A DNA stretch of 63,812 nt, the filler included, from Stramenopiles sp. TOSAG23-2 (taxonomy: Eukaryota): assembly GCA_900128395.1 (NCBI GenBank). It is 3 parts of 3 records of this genome, joined end to end, with 100 filler letters (N's around TTAATTAATTAA, not from the genome) between each part and the next. Parts side by side here need not be neighbours in the genome. Positions count along the whole stretch, not along the records: positions 45,446 to 63,812 come from LT649606.1; 2 more parts are not named here. The stretch is one strand, 5' to 3'. Under the pieces are notes generated by a model, which searched no databases, was not told the origin of the DNA, and saw nothing but the letters and a program-made list of their open reading frames with translations. Below, piece after piece: positions 49,220-60,200 of this stretch (the stretch's first letter is position 1; every line of letters begins with the position of its first letter). The position numbers and the translations under genes were made by a program.

Positions 49220-51661
49220 AATAGCATTAGCCCCTCCATTATAATTCGTAATTTGCAACTTTCCAGTTTCGCTAATTGATAATGTTGTTTTAGACGTACC
49301 CGTGCCCGCTTCTAATGCCGATCCAGATGGAGTGTTGCCAATAATACCACACTTGCCGCCAAATTTTGTGGAATCATCCCCCCTGGGTTTGCTACATTTA
49401 CGATAACCTGGAAGCATAATATCTTTAACGTTTTCATTGTACACTTGAATAAATCCCGATGTTATCATGTTAGAGTACTCACGAAGCATGTAATGATACG
49501 TATCGGATTTAGGCTTCATGACATCTAGTGTGTCTAAAGGTGTACTTTTATATTTTACCGGCATCGGGTTAGCTGGTACAGTCGTTGCCCACTGGGAAAA
49601 CGTAGATTCGCCGTTGTCGTTCTCTTTCATGTCTTTCGGAGGTGTCCCTCCAACATACGCAGATCTTATACATTTGTTTGCAAGGGAACTTTGTTTCTTT
49701 TTCTTCGAATTTTTGCTCATCTTCGCTTCCAAATTTAGTTTAAATGCTCCTCCGTATGATTCCGACGTCTCTAAAAACGTAGATGGGCCCTTCTGTGTCT
49801 TTTCTGGCGGACAGCATAAATCACAAGCCCCATTTCCAGCTCTAGTTTCTACTTTATAACCCTCTTTATACTTATCTTCGTGTTCTTGAATATTTCTGTT
49901 CGCACAGCATCCCTCAGACGTTGCCTGTGCATCTTGTATTATCCATTGTTCCCACCTCGGTAATGGATTAGTAAACGTTCCTTTGCATTTGTCTTTCCAG
50001 CATACGTAGTGACAACTTTCATGATTATCGCCATCTGATGCCTTCTTGGCACCATCGATGTGTTCTACCTCATCTATTTGTTTGTCCTCCGTAGGCAAAT
50101 CTACCATTTCTAAACATTTTCCATTGATTGATTTAAAGTCGTCATTAGATGAAAAGCTGCACGTAATTCCTTGGAACTGACGCGGATAATTTAAGCGGTT
50201 AAAACGGCATCGAGAGGGTTTATTATTAAACTCTTCACAAGGCATATCTTCATCAGGCGTCATCCACGCGTAAAGACTACTCTGATATGATTCAGATGTA
50301 CTGGAAGCGTATTCTGATTTATAGCATTGCCCACCTTCACCAAAACCACCATTTCGTCGCATTGCGCATAATTTTCCTTGAAACATACGAGGTTTGCCCC
50401 CTAAATTTAAAAAACATTGACTTGGATTGTCGTTAAATTTCGTACATGGTTCGGTATCATACATATCAGCCCCATCAATAGGCCTTTCACCGCCAGCTGT
50501 TGCTTTTTGAGTATCACAAGCTTGTTTGCATATTGAGCCGGAGCATTCTTTCACTGTTTTATCTCCCTTATATTTCTTTTGAGTCTTTGCCTGTGCAACG
50601 CACAACATTATACATTGCCCGCACAAATTTTTTTCTGGGAGAACGGTAACCCCATTCATTATAGGCGCTGGCATTGGATCTCGTTTTACAGGTTCGTAGT
50701 TTCCATCATTTCCCGCAGAAAGTGAAACCGATAACATGAAAGAAGCAGATACTTGCATGCCTTTTTCTTTCATAGAACGGTCTGTGCTTCGTTTAATTAT
50801 CATTTCCGAAACAAATTTCCCTCCAACATGAATTTCGCTTAAATAATGTGTCCCGTAAGTTTTGAAGAACATAATCCACGTTTTTTTTTGATGCAAGGCT
50901 AATTTGTCGCCTTTAGAATTTAAAACAGGAAGCAAGTTTACTTGAGTCTTGAAGTCGGAAGTTACATTATCATGGATATGATTTTCATATGTATACAATC
51001 CCATACGATATAACAAACAAAATGACCGTGTCATGTATCGGTTGAATTCTTTTTTCTCAACTATTTTCTCTGCTTCTTTATATTTTGCAGACGCTTTAAA
51101 TGCACCTGAAATTTCTGCAACTCCAGACACACCACCTTTACCCCTTACCTCAACTGTCATTTCCGCATTTAATTCTTTGGAATAGTCGTGTGAGGAGGTC
51201 ATTTTGCTGACTTGACTGGAGAACGAACACGCCTTTTCGGGATATCTGTATCCAAATCTAGGCGCGGCGGCATAACCAAATTTCTGAAGCCTCGAGATGT
51301 TATTTATACCTCCAGCGTAAACTACATCAACAATTTTTTTTCGATATCCGGGATCAACACTTGACATTATATCCCCTTCAGGATTCCCTTCAAAAATATC
51401 ATAACCTATTCCAAGGTATTCACTGCTTTTTGGAGGAAGTCTAGGTATGGCTTTATAATCTTGATGATTCACAATATCTATTCTATTGGGTTGCTGAAAT
51501 TGGAAAGCTGCACCACCTTGATTGTTAATCACAGGCGCAGCTTCTTGACGTGGCAAACCTCTCGCCTTTCGTGCGCGGACCTTGTTCTCATTTATTGTAA
51601 TTGTTACTACCAAAAAGAGCACAAAGTTACGCCAAAAGTTGAAGTGGACAAAATGAAACAT
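47585..51661 (-). CDS. Secreted MACPF/perforin-like protein A with Cys-rich insert, bulb-type lectin, PAN/Apple module and cationic repeat tail
   Basis: Hydrophobic N-terminus; YLGIGYDIFEGNPEGD..VDPGYR; MACPF signature FFKTYGTHYLSEIHVGGK; WATTVPANPMPVKY; THDNNFVIY..IWQTRT; CLEAC..CTGATW..HCTL. Confidence 0.9.
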   Translation of the reverse strand: MFHFVHFNFWRNFVLFLVVTITINENKVRARKARGLPRQEAAPVINNQGGAAFQFQQPNRIDIVNHQDYKAIPRLPPKSSEYLGIGYDIFEGNPEGDIMSSVDPGYRKKIVDVVYAGGINNISRLQKFGYAAAPRFGYRYPEKACSFSSQVSKMTSSHDYSKELNAEMTVEVRGKGGVSGVAEISGAFKASAKYKEAEKIVEKKEFNRYMTRSFCLLYRMGLYTYENHIHDNVTSDFKTQVNLLPVLNSKGDKLALHQKKTWIMFFKTYGTHYLSEIHVGGKFVSEMIIKRSTDRSMKEKGMQVSASFMLSVSLSAGNDGNYEPVKRDPMPAPIMNGVTVLPEKNLCGQCIMLCVAQAKTQKKYKGDKTVKECSGSICKQACDTQKATAGGERPIDGADMYDTEPCTKFNDNPSQCFLNLGGKPRMFQGKLCAMRRNGGFGEGGQCYKSEYASSTSESYQSSLYAWMTPDEDMPCEEFNNKPSRCRFNRLNYPRQFQGITCSFSSNDDFKSINGKCLEMVDLPTEDKQIDEVEHIDGAKKASDGDNHESCHYVCWKDKCKGTFTNPLPRWEQWIIQDAQATSEGCCANRNIQEHEDKYKEGYKVETRAGNGACDLCCPPEKTQKGPSTFLETSESYGGAFKLNLEAKMSKNSKKKKQSSLANKCIRSAYVGGTPPKDMKENDNGESTFSQWATTVPANPMPVKYKSTPLDTLDVMKPKSDTYHYMLREYSNMITSGFIQVYNENVKDIMLPGYRKCSKPRGDDSTKFGGKCGIIGNTPSGSALEAGTGTSKTTLSISETGKLQITNYNGGANAIWNNGLAAPEAKYCMEYTHDNNFVIYHADTSANDPIWQTRTNANGCTAKAGMVLLTKEGFLEVWGIDKNGKPDLTWYAGKDAHANGFSKCVVAEAEECVEDSENKDKIFELENWNSRHGGKSNKNRRKVRRNEINELKAKINLCDEAKASAQAQKDIIARREKKTKDFATAIFNRDSNKEGQRQAKLHHEKNKFMSPAQQQRFNKVKLKYSVRKNQKLLAETLKKMDASTLLDCLEACDKLRECTGATWHSKKGVGHCTLAKGLADETIDAENCFEKASKQYGTLTETGALGRKMELSITEGDWGKAKYPPFGCSVENDGDNLKVHWNSNTETESTQGQLEGDRYLKVVDTIGTTAGDDGENAYIRNDNVLRAKGGDGDGYAIGCKTYKNDVGYIQFLQDEIKTGKKSKTRYARISFLETSKSTRKLFVRRKAAVKQQFFKKARKAFGKAAKKAKKALGKAAKKAKKALGKAAKGAKKFLGKAAKAIGLTKAVNYLRNPSGNKLSKNMRRSREREIKALSILSKQCEAFRDNCNNDKDCSLAISG

Positions 51662-53042
51662 CTATGGCGTCCTACTATACTGTAACAATATTGCTTCGAT
51701 GCATATAAAACAACGCGATGTTGGGGAAGAAACGTATATTCATATGATATAACTAACATGTAATAATAGTAAATTGCAATTTGCAATAATAATTAAATAA
51801 TAATAAAAATGTTGTTAATTATTATTATTATTTATTATTATTATTAGAAGAAGAAGTGCAAAGAAGAAAAGTGCCGTGAAAAAGGCAAGGACCCCTGCCC
51901 TGAATGATGGTGAAACGATGGTAATGTCGTTAAACAAGGGGAAAATTAAGGAGGGGATTAAGCGTGTAATAAAAAGGCGTGCTTAATGGACACAGCATAG
52001 GTATGTGAAATAAGGAGTTTCAAATGTGGTAATTGTTTAAGTTATTTTTGTGTAGTATTTACTGGTCTAGCATTTAGAATGCGATGAATCATGAATCCTT
52101 AATTGAAGGAGGTGGAAGTAAAAACAACTACGTAGCATCGATAAGGTGCGCCGAATAGCATGTCAGAACGTCAGAAGTCGTCAGAAGTCGTCAGAACAGC
52201 CATAGCAACGTGCCATGTGCCATACAAAAGCATGAAGATCCAGTTCTACTTTAGTAGTACGCAGTTTTGGAGATTCGTACTATACGAACATAGCAGGCTG
52301 GCAGGCCCGGACCAAAATTGTCCCACTTTACCTGCTATTTATATGTTATTCGAAGTGGAATTCTCTACACACAGTATATGTATGGTTTACTATAATATTT
52401 TATACTACACGTATTTTATTACCTTTTTCCTTAAATACTTCTTTCTTCCAATTCTCTTCTTTGTTATCTTGCTTTGTTAACACCCCTATACACACATGCA
52501 CCTATCAGCTACTATACGGGTACTCGGGTATACGTACTAGTATTAGTCTATTATCGTAGATTAGTATTTAATTATAGTATGCCAGGTATTATAGTTTATA
52601 CTAGTATGCTAATGCTAAGGCACACTGGCACACATATCTTATAATAATAGTAAATAATAATAATAAATAATAATACTGAGTAATAAAAATAAATATATAG
52701 GCTTAATGGTTTAGTAGTCTAGGAATAGCTAGGGCTGGTATAAACACAGAGGAAAGTCCAAAAAAGGACATTCGTTAGTTAGTAGCGACATAGTATTAGT
52801 GCAAATAGTAGCATGTCGATACCGTATCTCCTTTTTTTTATCGGTGTGCCAACTCGCCAACTCTCCTCGTTATATGTACCGGTTTATAAAATAAGATATC
52901 GGAATTCAATATGAAAACACTACAAGGACTAAAGCACTAAAGCACTAAAACCAGTAAAAAATGATATGTTAAAATCTAAGTTAATTTAAATTGTGTATTA
53001 TATTTTAATTACGATCTGATGATCGCTCTTATAGAAATTACA

Positions 53043-54721
53043 ACTGAGAGTATTATTTCAAAAACAATTCCCATATACTATAGATTTTATCCAGAAATTG
53101 CTAAAGAACAATCTTTGTCATTATTACAATTATCGCGAAATGCTTCACATTGCTTACTGAGAATAGATAAAGCTTTAATTTCTCTTTCTCTAGAACGTCT
53201 CATATTTTTTGACAGTTTGTTTCCAGATGGATTTCTTAAATAATTGACTGCTTTTGTTAAACCAATTGCTTTCGCAGCCTTTCCTAAAAATTTCTTAGCG
53301 CCTTTCGCAGCCTTTCCTAAAGCTTTCTTAGCCTTTTTTGCAGCCTTTCCTAAAGCTTTCTTAGCCTTTTTTGCAGCCTTTCCAAAAGCTTTCCTAGCCT
53401 TTTTAAAAAACTGTTGTTTTACTGCTGCTTTACGCCTAACAAATAATTTCCGAGTAGACTTACTTGTCTCTAAAAAACTTATTCTTGCATATCGTGTTTT
53501 TGATTTTTTACCTGTTTTAATTTCATCTTGTAAAAACTGAATGTAACCAACGTCATTTTTATAAGTTTTACAACCTATCGCATATCCATCACCATCACCA
53601 CCTTTAGCTCGAAGCACATTGTCATTTCTAATATACGCATTTTCACCGTCATCGCCAGCAGTCGTGCCAATCGTATCAACAACTTTCAAATACCGATCAC
53701 CTTCAAGTTGCCCTTGAGTCGATTCTGTTTCTGTGTTGCTATTCCAATGGACTTTTAAATTATCTCCATCATTTTCAACACTGCATCCAAATGGAGGATA
53801 CTTCGCTTTACCCCAGTCGCCTTCCGTTATACTCAATTCCATTTTTCTACCCAAAGCCCCTGTTTCAGTCAGAGTACCATACTGTTTTGAGGCTTTCTCG
53901 AAACAATTTTCTGCATCTATAGTTTCATCTGCTAATCCTTTTGCCAATGTGCAATGTCCCACCCCTTTTTTACTGTGCCATGTAGCACCGGTACATTCGC
54001 GAAGCTTATCGCATGCTTCTAAACAATCCAAAAGTGTTGATGCATCCATTTTTTTTAATGTCTCCGCCAATAATTTTTGGTTTTTCCGTACAGAATACTT
54101 TAATTTCACTTTATTAAATCGTTGCTGTTGTGCCGGCGACATAAATTTGTTCTTCTCATGATGCAATTTTGCTTGGCGCTGTCCCTCCTTGTTGCTATCT
54201 CTGTTAAAAATTGCCGTCGCAAAATCTTTTGTTTTCTTCTCTCTTCGTGCAATAATGTCTTTTTGAGCTTGTGCACTTGCTTTCGCTTCGTCGCAAAGAT
54301 TTATTTTCGCTTTCAATTCGTTGATTTCATTTCGGCGTACCTTCCTTCTGTTTTTATTGCTTTTACCACCATGTCTAGAGTTCCAATTTTCCAATTCAAA
54401 TATTTTGTCTTTATTTTCACTATCTTCTACGCATTCTTCCGCTTCTGCTACAACGCATTTACTAAAACCATTTGCATGTGCATCTTTCCCAGCATACCAT
54501 GTCAGATCTGGTTTACCATTTTTGTCAATACCCCACACTTCTAAAAAGCCTTCCTTTGTAAGCAATACCATCCCTGCCTTTGCCGTGCACCCGTTTGCAT
54601 TGGTCCTTGTTTGCCAAATTGGGTCATTTGCCGAAGTATCGGCATGGTAAATGACAAAATTGTTGTCGTGGGTGTATTCCATGCAATATTTTGCTTCTGG
54701 TGCAGCTAGGCCATTATTCCA
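53043..54721. repeat. 1679-bp direct repeat, copy 2 (3' part of MACPF-B)
   Basis: Matches 47541-49219. Confidence 0.95.
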
Positions 54722-56095
54722 GATCGTATCCTCTTCGCCATATTCTGCAGTAATCCTAAGATTTGCGTCGGCATTAATTGAAAGCTGTTTCTTAAACGAA
54801 CCGTCCCCGGCAATTAGCGCTGCTGTATCTGGCGCATGACTGTTAAGCATTCCACAAGAACCGCCATTTTTAACAGCATCAGTGCCTGGCACACTACATC
54901 TTCTTTCTCCTGGTTTCATCATGTCCTTGTATGTGTTTCCAATATCTTTACTAAGTAAACCACCCATAGCTACATCTTTGACATATGTAGCTCTTTGTGA
55001 TAGCATATAAGCATATGTTTCTGCTAGATTGTTTTCTTGAAATATATTTAACTCATCAAATTGTGATAATTTGTATTTTACTGGCATGGGGCTATTTGGA
55101 ACTGTTCTGGCCCAGTCAGCAAATTCGTTATGAGGATCACCTCCCAGCGTATACTGTTGAAAACATTTTTCTTCCGAGTCTGACGTTGCTTCAGCAGAAC
55201 TACCTTCCTCCTTGCTCAAGGACAATGATGCGGACCCTTCGGCGCTCTTACCGGTAACAGATCCCTCTAGTGACATACCCGCATGAAAACCTTTCTTTGC
55301 AAGTTTGCGAACACTTGACGACTTCATATACATGATGTTGTTCATTTTTCCACCGAAGTGTACATCAGATAAAAAGTGGGTCCCGTAATCTCTAAACAAC
55401 TCATGCCAAGCTACCTCATCAAAGTCAGGATCAGGTTTACTTTTCAAAGCTTTTACTCTTTCTGCAAATGGAGGTTTGACTTTTAAAGGCTTATTGGTAT
55501 CCACCCCGGAGCGATATACTAAACAATACGATTTCATAAGAAAACGTTCAACCTTGTGCGTTGCAACTGTTTGTGCAAAATTACTGAATCCTGCAGATGC
55601 CCCGAACGAGGCAGATGCTTTCGACCCAGTTAAAACATTCTTCTTCGTAGCCGAGAGTGCTATACTGGCATCCGCCTTAAGGTTCTTGCTGTAATCTGAT
55701 GTCTCAGTCTCTTTTGTTGATTGTTTTGCCATTTGACACGATTTTTCGGTAATTGCAAAGCCGTACTTGGGTCGTAATTTGGACAGTCCGGTGTTTCTGT
55801 ACTCTTGACTAAATTCAAGATCAACAACGCCCTTTCGGAATCCGGGGTCGACCATGGTGCGAGAGGCAGGATCGCCTTCGGGATTACCCTTAAATATATC
55901 GTACCCAATTCCTACATATCCAGAAGCTAGTCCAGGATATTTCTCTCCTATCATTTCTTTAGATGCTACAACGTGTTCAAATGCTTGTGGTGCTGATTGC
56001 GTACGCAGTAGCTCTTGACTTTCCGTGGTTGGTAAAACTGTCGCCGTAATTACCAACACGATAGTAAACAAAAGCATATTTTTAATGTGAAACAT
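53087..56095 (-). CDS. Secreted MACPF/perforin-like protein B with the same C-terminal modules as A
   Basis: Probable start MFHIKNMLLFTIVLVITA (signal peptide); YVGIGYDIFKGNPEGD..VDPGFR; LFRDYGTHFLSDVHFGGK; WARTVPNSPMPVKY. Confidence 0.9.
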   Translation of the reverse strand: MFHIKNMLLFTIVLVITATVLPTTESQELLRTQSAPQAFEHVVASKEMIGEKYPGLASGYVGIGYDIFKGNPEGDPASRTMVDPGFRKGVVDLEFSQEYRNTGLSKLRPKYGFAITEKSCQMAKQSTKETETSDYSKNLKADASIALSATKKNVLTGSKASASFGASAGFSNFAQTVATHKVERFLMKSYCLVYRSGVDTNKPLKVKPPFAERVKALKSKPDPDFDEVAWHELFRDYGTHFLSDVHFGGKMNNIMYMKSSSVRKLAKKGFHAGMSLEGSVTGKSAEGSASLSLSKEEGSSAEATSDSEEKCFQQYTLGGDPHNEFADWARTVPNSPMPVKYKLSQFDELNIFQENNLAETYAYMLSQRATYVKDVAMGGLLSKDIGNTYKDMMKPGERRCSVPGTDAVKNGGSCGMLNSHAPDTAALIAGDGSFKKQLSINADANLRITAEYGEEDTIWNNGLAAPEAKYCMEYTHDNNFVIYHADTSANDPIWQTRTNANGCTAKAGMVLLTKEGFLEVWGIDKNGKPDLTWYAGKDAHANGFSKCVVAEAEECVEDSENKDKIFELENWNSRHGGKSNKNRRKVRRNEINELKAKINLCDEAKASAQAQKDIIARREKKTKDFATAIFNRDSNKEGQRQAKLHHEKNKFMSPAQQQRFNKVKLKYSVRKNQKLLAETLKKMDASTLLDCLEACDKLRECTGATWHSKKGVGHCTLAKGLADETIDAENCFEKASKQYGTLTETGALGRKMELSITEGDWGKAKYPPFGCSVENDGDNLKVHWNSNTETESTQGQLEGDRYLKVVDTIGTTAGDDGENAYIRNDNVLRAKGGDGDGYAIGCKTYKNDVGYIQFLQDEIKTGKKSKTRYARISFLETSKSTRKLFVRRKAAVKQQFFKKARKAFGKAAKKAKKALGKAAKKAKKALGKAAKGAKKFLGKAAKAIGLTKAVNYLRNPSGNKLSKNMRRSREREIKALSILSKQCEAFRDNCNNDKDCSLAISG

Positions 56096-56306
56096 TTCTT
56101 GCAAATTAAATTCTTTCATATAAAGCTCTGTCAAAAAGTTAATCGCTTCTATAACACATTTTTAACATCAAATATCTATTACCGAAATATTTATTTATTA
56201 TTTATTTCTAGACTATTAGCAATTAGTGCATTACCGAAATATTTTTATATTTTATTATTATTATTAGTCTAGCTGGCTAGCTCTACTATTATTATTTTTT
56301 AATAAT

Positions 56307-56706
56307 ATTTTTTGCTGGTTAGCACAGTATACCATACCCTTTTTTTCTAATACATCATTTTCTCTTCTTACTCCGTCTCCTCGTTTTACTTGTCGTCGAC
56401 ATAGATGTGTTGTGCAGTGTAGGAGCGGAATAGTGATTTTTTGCTGGTTAGCACAGTATACCATACCCTTTTTTTCTAATACATCATTTTCTCTTCTTAC
56501 TCCGTCTCCTCGTTTTACTTGTCGTCGACATAGATGTGTTGTGCAGTGTAGGAGCGGAATAGTGATTTTTTGCTGGTTAGCACAGTATACCATACCCTTT
56601 TTTTCTAATACATCATTTTCTCTACTCACTCCGACTCCTCGTTTTTACTTGACGTTTTATCCTCCGGATAGATGTGAGTGCAGTGTGCAGTACGAGCGGA
56701 ATAGTG
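56307..56706. repeat. 129-bp tandem repeat x3 (third copy diverged) in divergent intergenic region
   Basis: gctggttagcacagtataccatacc at 56314, 56443 and 56572. Confidence 0.95.
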
Positions 56707-57261
56707 TCAAATTGACAAATTAAAAAATAAAAAAAAGAAGGAGCTGTACCAGAAAACGACCGTATTAGAAAAAAGAGGTACAGTATCAACACGGTAGCTA
56801 GATCTAGTACAGCACTGCTACAGTACAGTATATACTAAAAAATATAATGTATTATTATTAGTAGTATGCTAGGTACTATGCTAGTATTTTAATAGTATTA
56901 TAATTAGTATCGGTATAGCTATCCAGGCTATTCGAATAATAGTACCATAGTACCTCGCTCCTGGCAATAATAATAATAATAATAATAGTGCAATATTATT
57001 ATTATTATTAGACCCTGGCTGGCTGGCAAAGAAGAAGAAGACTTTTCATTTTTTTATCTATATCATTTATCATTATTAAATATTATTATTATGATTTACA
57101 GATTTACAAATACATTTAAAGCTGCACATTTATATACGTATGACACATTTATTGCCATATGCTTCTTCGTTTCTCGCCCATCTGACGAAGCAATAGATAT
57201 TTTAGCAAGCGAAAACAATAGGTATAGTTCGTCCTCCTAAATAAAATTAGTTCCAGCTATA

Positions 57262-60200
57262 ATGGCATTTTTACTACGCTTAGAATTTGTTACCGTCCTC
57301 GTTGCAAGTCTTCTTATAATCTCTTGTCGTGCAACAACATCGAAGCACGTGAGAAATATTAGGTCTAATTTACGAGTAAGGGATGGTACCAATCCGTGGA
57401 GGATGAAACTCGGCATGCAGCATGCAAATGAATCAAATACAAAGAGCAATTATACAGGACAATTAAACAGCCTCGAAAATAAAAATGTTTCTTACAAAGT
57501 GGATCATGTAAAATCGTGCTCGTCACTAAATGAAATATTGGATATTGACAAAAGAAACTACTGTAGGCGTTACGCCAACGTTTTTTCCGAAATGAAAAAA
57601 ATAGGATTATCTATTATTAGTGAAGTAGCATCTTTTTTTTTATGCGAGTGCTTTGATTTTCACGTGGCTAAAACAACGATGGCTACTCTCCAGGTAAAAT
57701 GTAGTAAAGCAGTTGATGGAGTCGAAATGGTCAAAGATATTCGGCGACGAAGAAGCCTTCTTCGAGATATTAAAAATAAATACATTCTCAAACCGCAAGA
57801 TGCCGGTTCTGGGGCTGTTGCGACAAAATATGGTATCTCAAGCAGCACGATTAGGAGTGCCATGGCAATGGAAGCAACACGCGCCGGCCTACCTATACCT
57901 GGTCGTTTTTTTGAAGATGAGGGTTTCATTTTCCTCCCTGAAAAATTAAAATTGTGTTCACAGACAGAATATGTTCGTGTTGCGCCTAAAATAACGAACG
58001 GCTTCGTAGAGTCCGACCGTGTATGTGCACCTATTACAATTTGCAATATTACGCAATACGAATTTCTTAAACCAAAAATGGGCAACGATGGAATGTATAT
58101 GTCGAATACCGTTTGTAAACCTCTTACTCTATGCACACACCAACAAATTGAGCTTCGCCCGCCCAATAAAAAAATAGTAAAAAACAAATTTGTTTATACG
58201 TCAGATCGTACGTGTAAAATTGTATGTAAGTCTACAGAGTTCGTTTTATATAATCGATGCACTTCGTATACGTATGATGAAAATAATTGCAAAAGCTCAG
58301 ATCGCAAAATATTACAGAAAGGCAATGCGCAAGTTGATAGTACTTGTACGTTATGTAAACAAACTATGTATGTTTCGAATAACATGTGCAAAACATATAC
58401 GTACGAGAGCAATGCATGTAGCATCGATGATGGTAAAATTTTTATTGCTGGATCAACAACTACTGATAGCTCATGTATTGTCTGCGAATCTTCTCAGTAC
58501 ATATCAACAAATCGTAAGTGTGTAGACAAAACTCAAAAATGTACCAAAGGTTATGGATTATACAAAGGAAATAGTAAAAACAAAAATGATTGGGAATGTT
58601 TGAAATGTAATTCAAAAACAGCAATAACAAGCGCAGGTAGTCGGTCAAAGTATTATGCTACGACTAATACAATTGGAAAATTTAATGATTTAGATGATTC
58701 GTCAAGTCCATGTGAAAGCCATAAAACTTTTAAAGATTTAAAATGTGCTGCAGGCTATCAAATGGTTGTTGGGGATGATGATTCTGATTCTAAATGTTCT
58801 GCTTGTCGTGGAAATACGTATTCTAAAACCGATGATACAATATGTAAGAATATACGCAAGTGCATAAATGGCAAAGAGTATGAGAGCAAGCCTCCTCGTA
58901 AAGTTAATGGTTTGTTTGTGTCTGATAGAACATGTAACTTATATACATACAATGAAAATAATTGTAAAACGACTGATAGAAAAATATTGTTGGAAGGTAG
59001 TAAATATGGGGATAGTAGTTGTATACAATGTAAATTTTCAGAGTATATTTACAATGGCGCGTGTCGACAATATACGTATGACAACGACAATTGCAAGCGT
59101 AGTGATCGAAAAATATTGGTGGAAGGTACAAAATATGAGGATAGTAGATGTAGATCATGTAGACCCTCAGAGTATATTAATAACGGAGGTTGTCGAGGGT
59201 ATACATATGATAACGATAACTGTAAAAGTATTGATGATAAGTGTTTTTTGCCAGGTACATATAATGAAGATAGCACCTGTATATTGAAGCTTCACGATTC
59301 AGTTTGTGGAAAAAATATGAATGAAAATGCTGGTATTGGCAGCAAAGGTTCTGATGTGAATGTGTATGTGCAACTGATTAATCAAATGTTGGTGAAGTAC
59401 CCTAGCACAACAACAGATGAAATAGTGCAACGTTTGGAAGAAGAAGGATTGTCTGATTACGAAATTAATCTGATAATCAAAAAAATGGAAGGTACCAATC
59501 ATAAGGTAGATGAAGGTAATGGCAATAACAATGACAAAGACCAGCTAGTTCCTTCTGCTGAGCATGCACCGATATACGCGAATCGTGATGAAGCTGGCGG
59601 TAGTGATTATGGCAAAGGTAAACCCGCTTCATCTGCTCAATCCTCAGAACATGTTGAACCAGAGCAAATGCATATTAAACCCATCATTCCAGAGGAACAA
59701 GAGCATTCTGATAATACAGAAAATATGGAAGATAAGGATGGAAATGCCATACCTGCTCAACCCGCTACTGGACCTACTAAATCGACTGATTTGGCTTATA
59801 TGACTCAAGCTGAAATACCTGAAACAGTTGCTAAACCAGAGCCAATGGATGTAGAACCTAACAGCCCAGAGGAACAAGAGCATCCCGATAATAGAGAGGA
59901 TATGGAAGGTGCTGATAATACGTCCGTAGATGGAAGTTTCGTATTAGAGATGAAAAATCGCCAAAATCAAAAAAGAAATAGCGATGCTATACTTTCTAAA
60001 TCTATGGCACGTAAGGCACATAATAAAGTGGCTGAAACGATGAAAAGGAAGAAAGGAAATGTAAACACGGAGAACATGGTGCAAACCAAGCAACATGATC
60101 ATGACAAAGACAGATCTGCCAAACCCGAAAATCCTGCTGAACCCAACCAATTTGGGGATAATTCTGGCAGTAAGAAGAATCGTGGACATAATTACGGACA

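Noticed and set aside
52160-52480. 106-aa ORF between the two MACPF genes
   Set aside because: Begins in a short gtcagaa repeat and ends in T-rich sequence; no recognisable protein features
56264-56723. 121-aa and 103-aa repeat ORFs on both strands
   Set aside because: By-products of the 129-bp (multiple of 3) tandem repeat; non-ATG starts and no coding features
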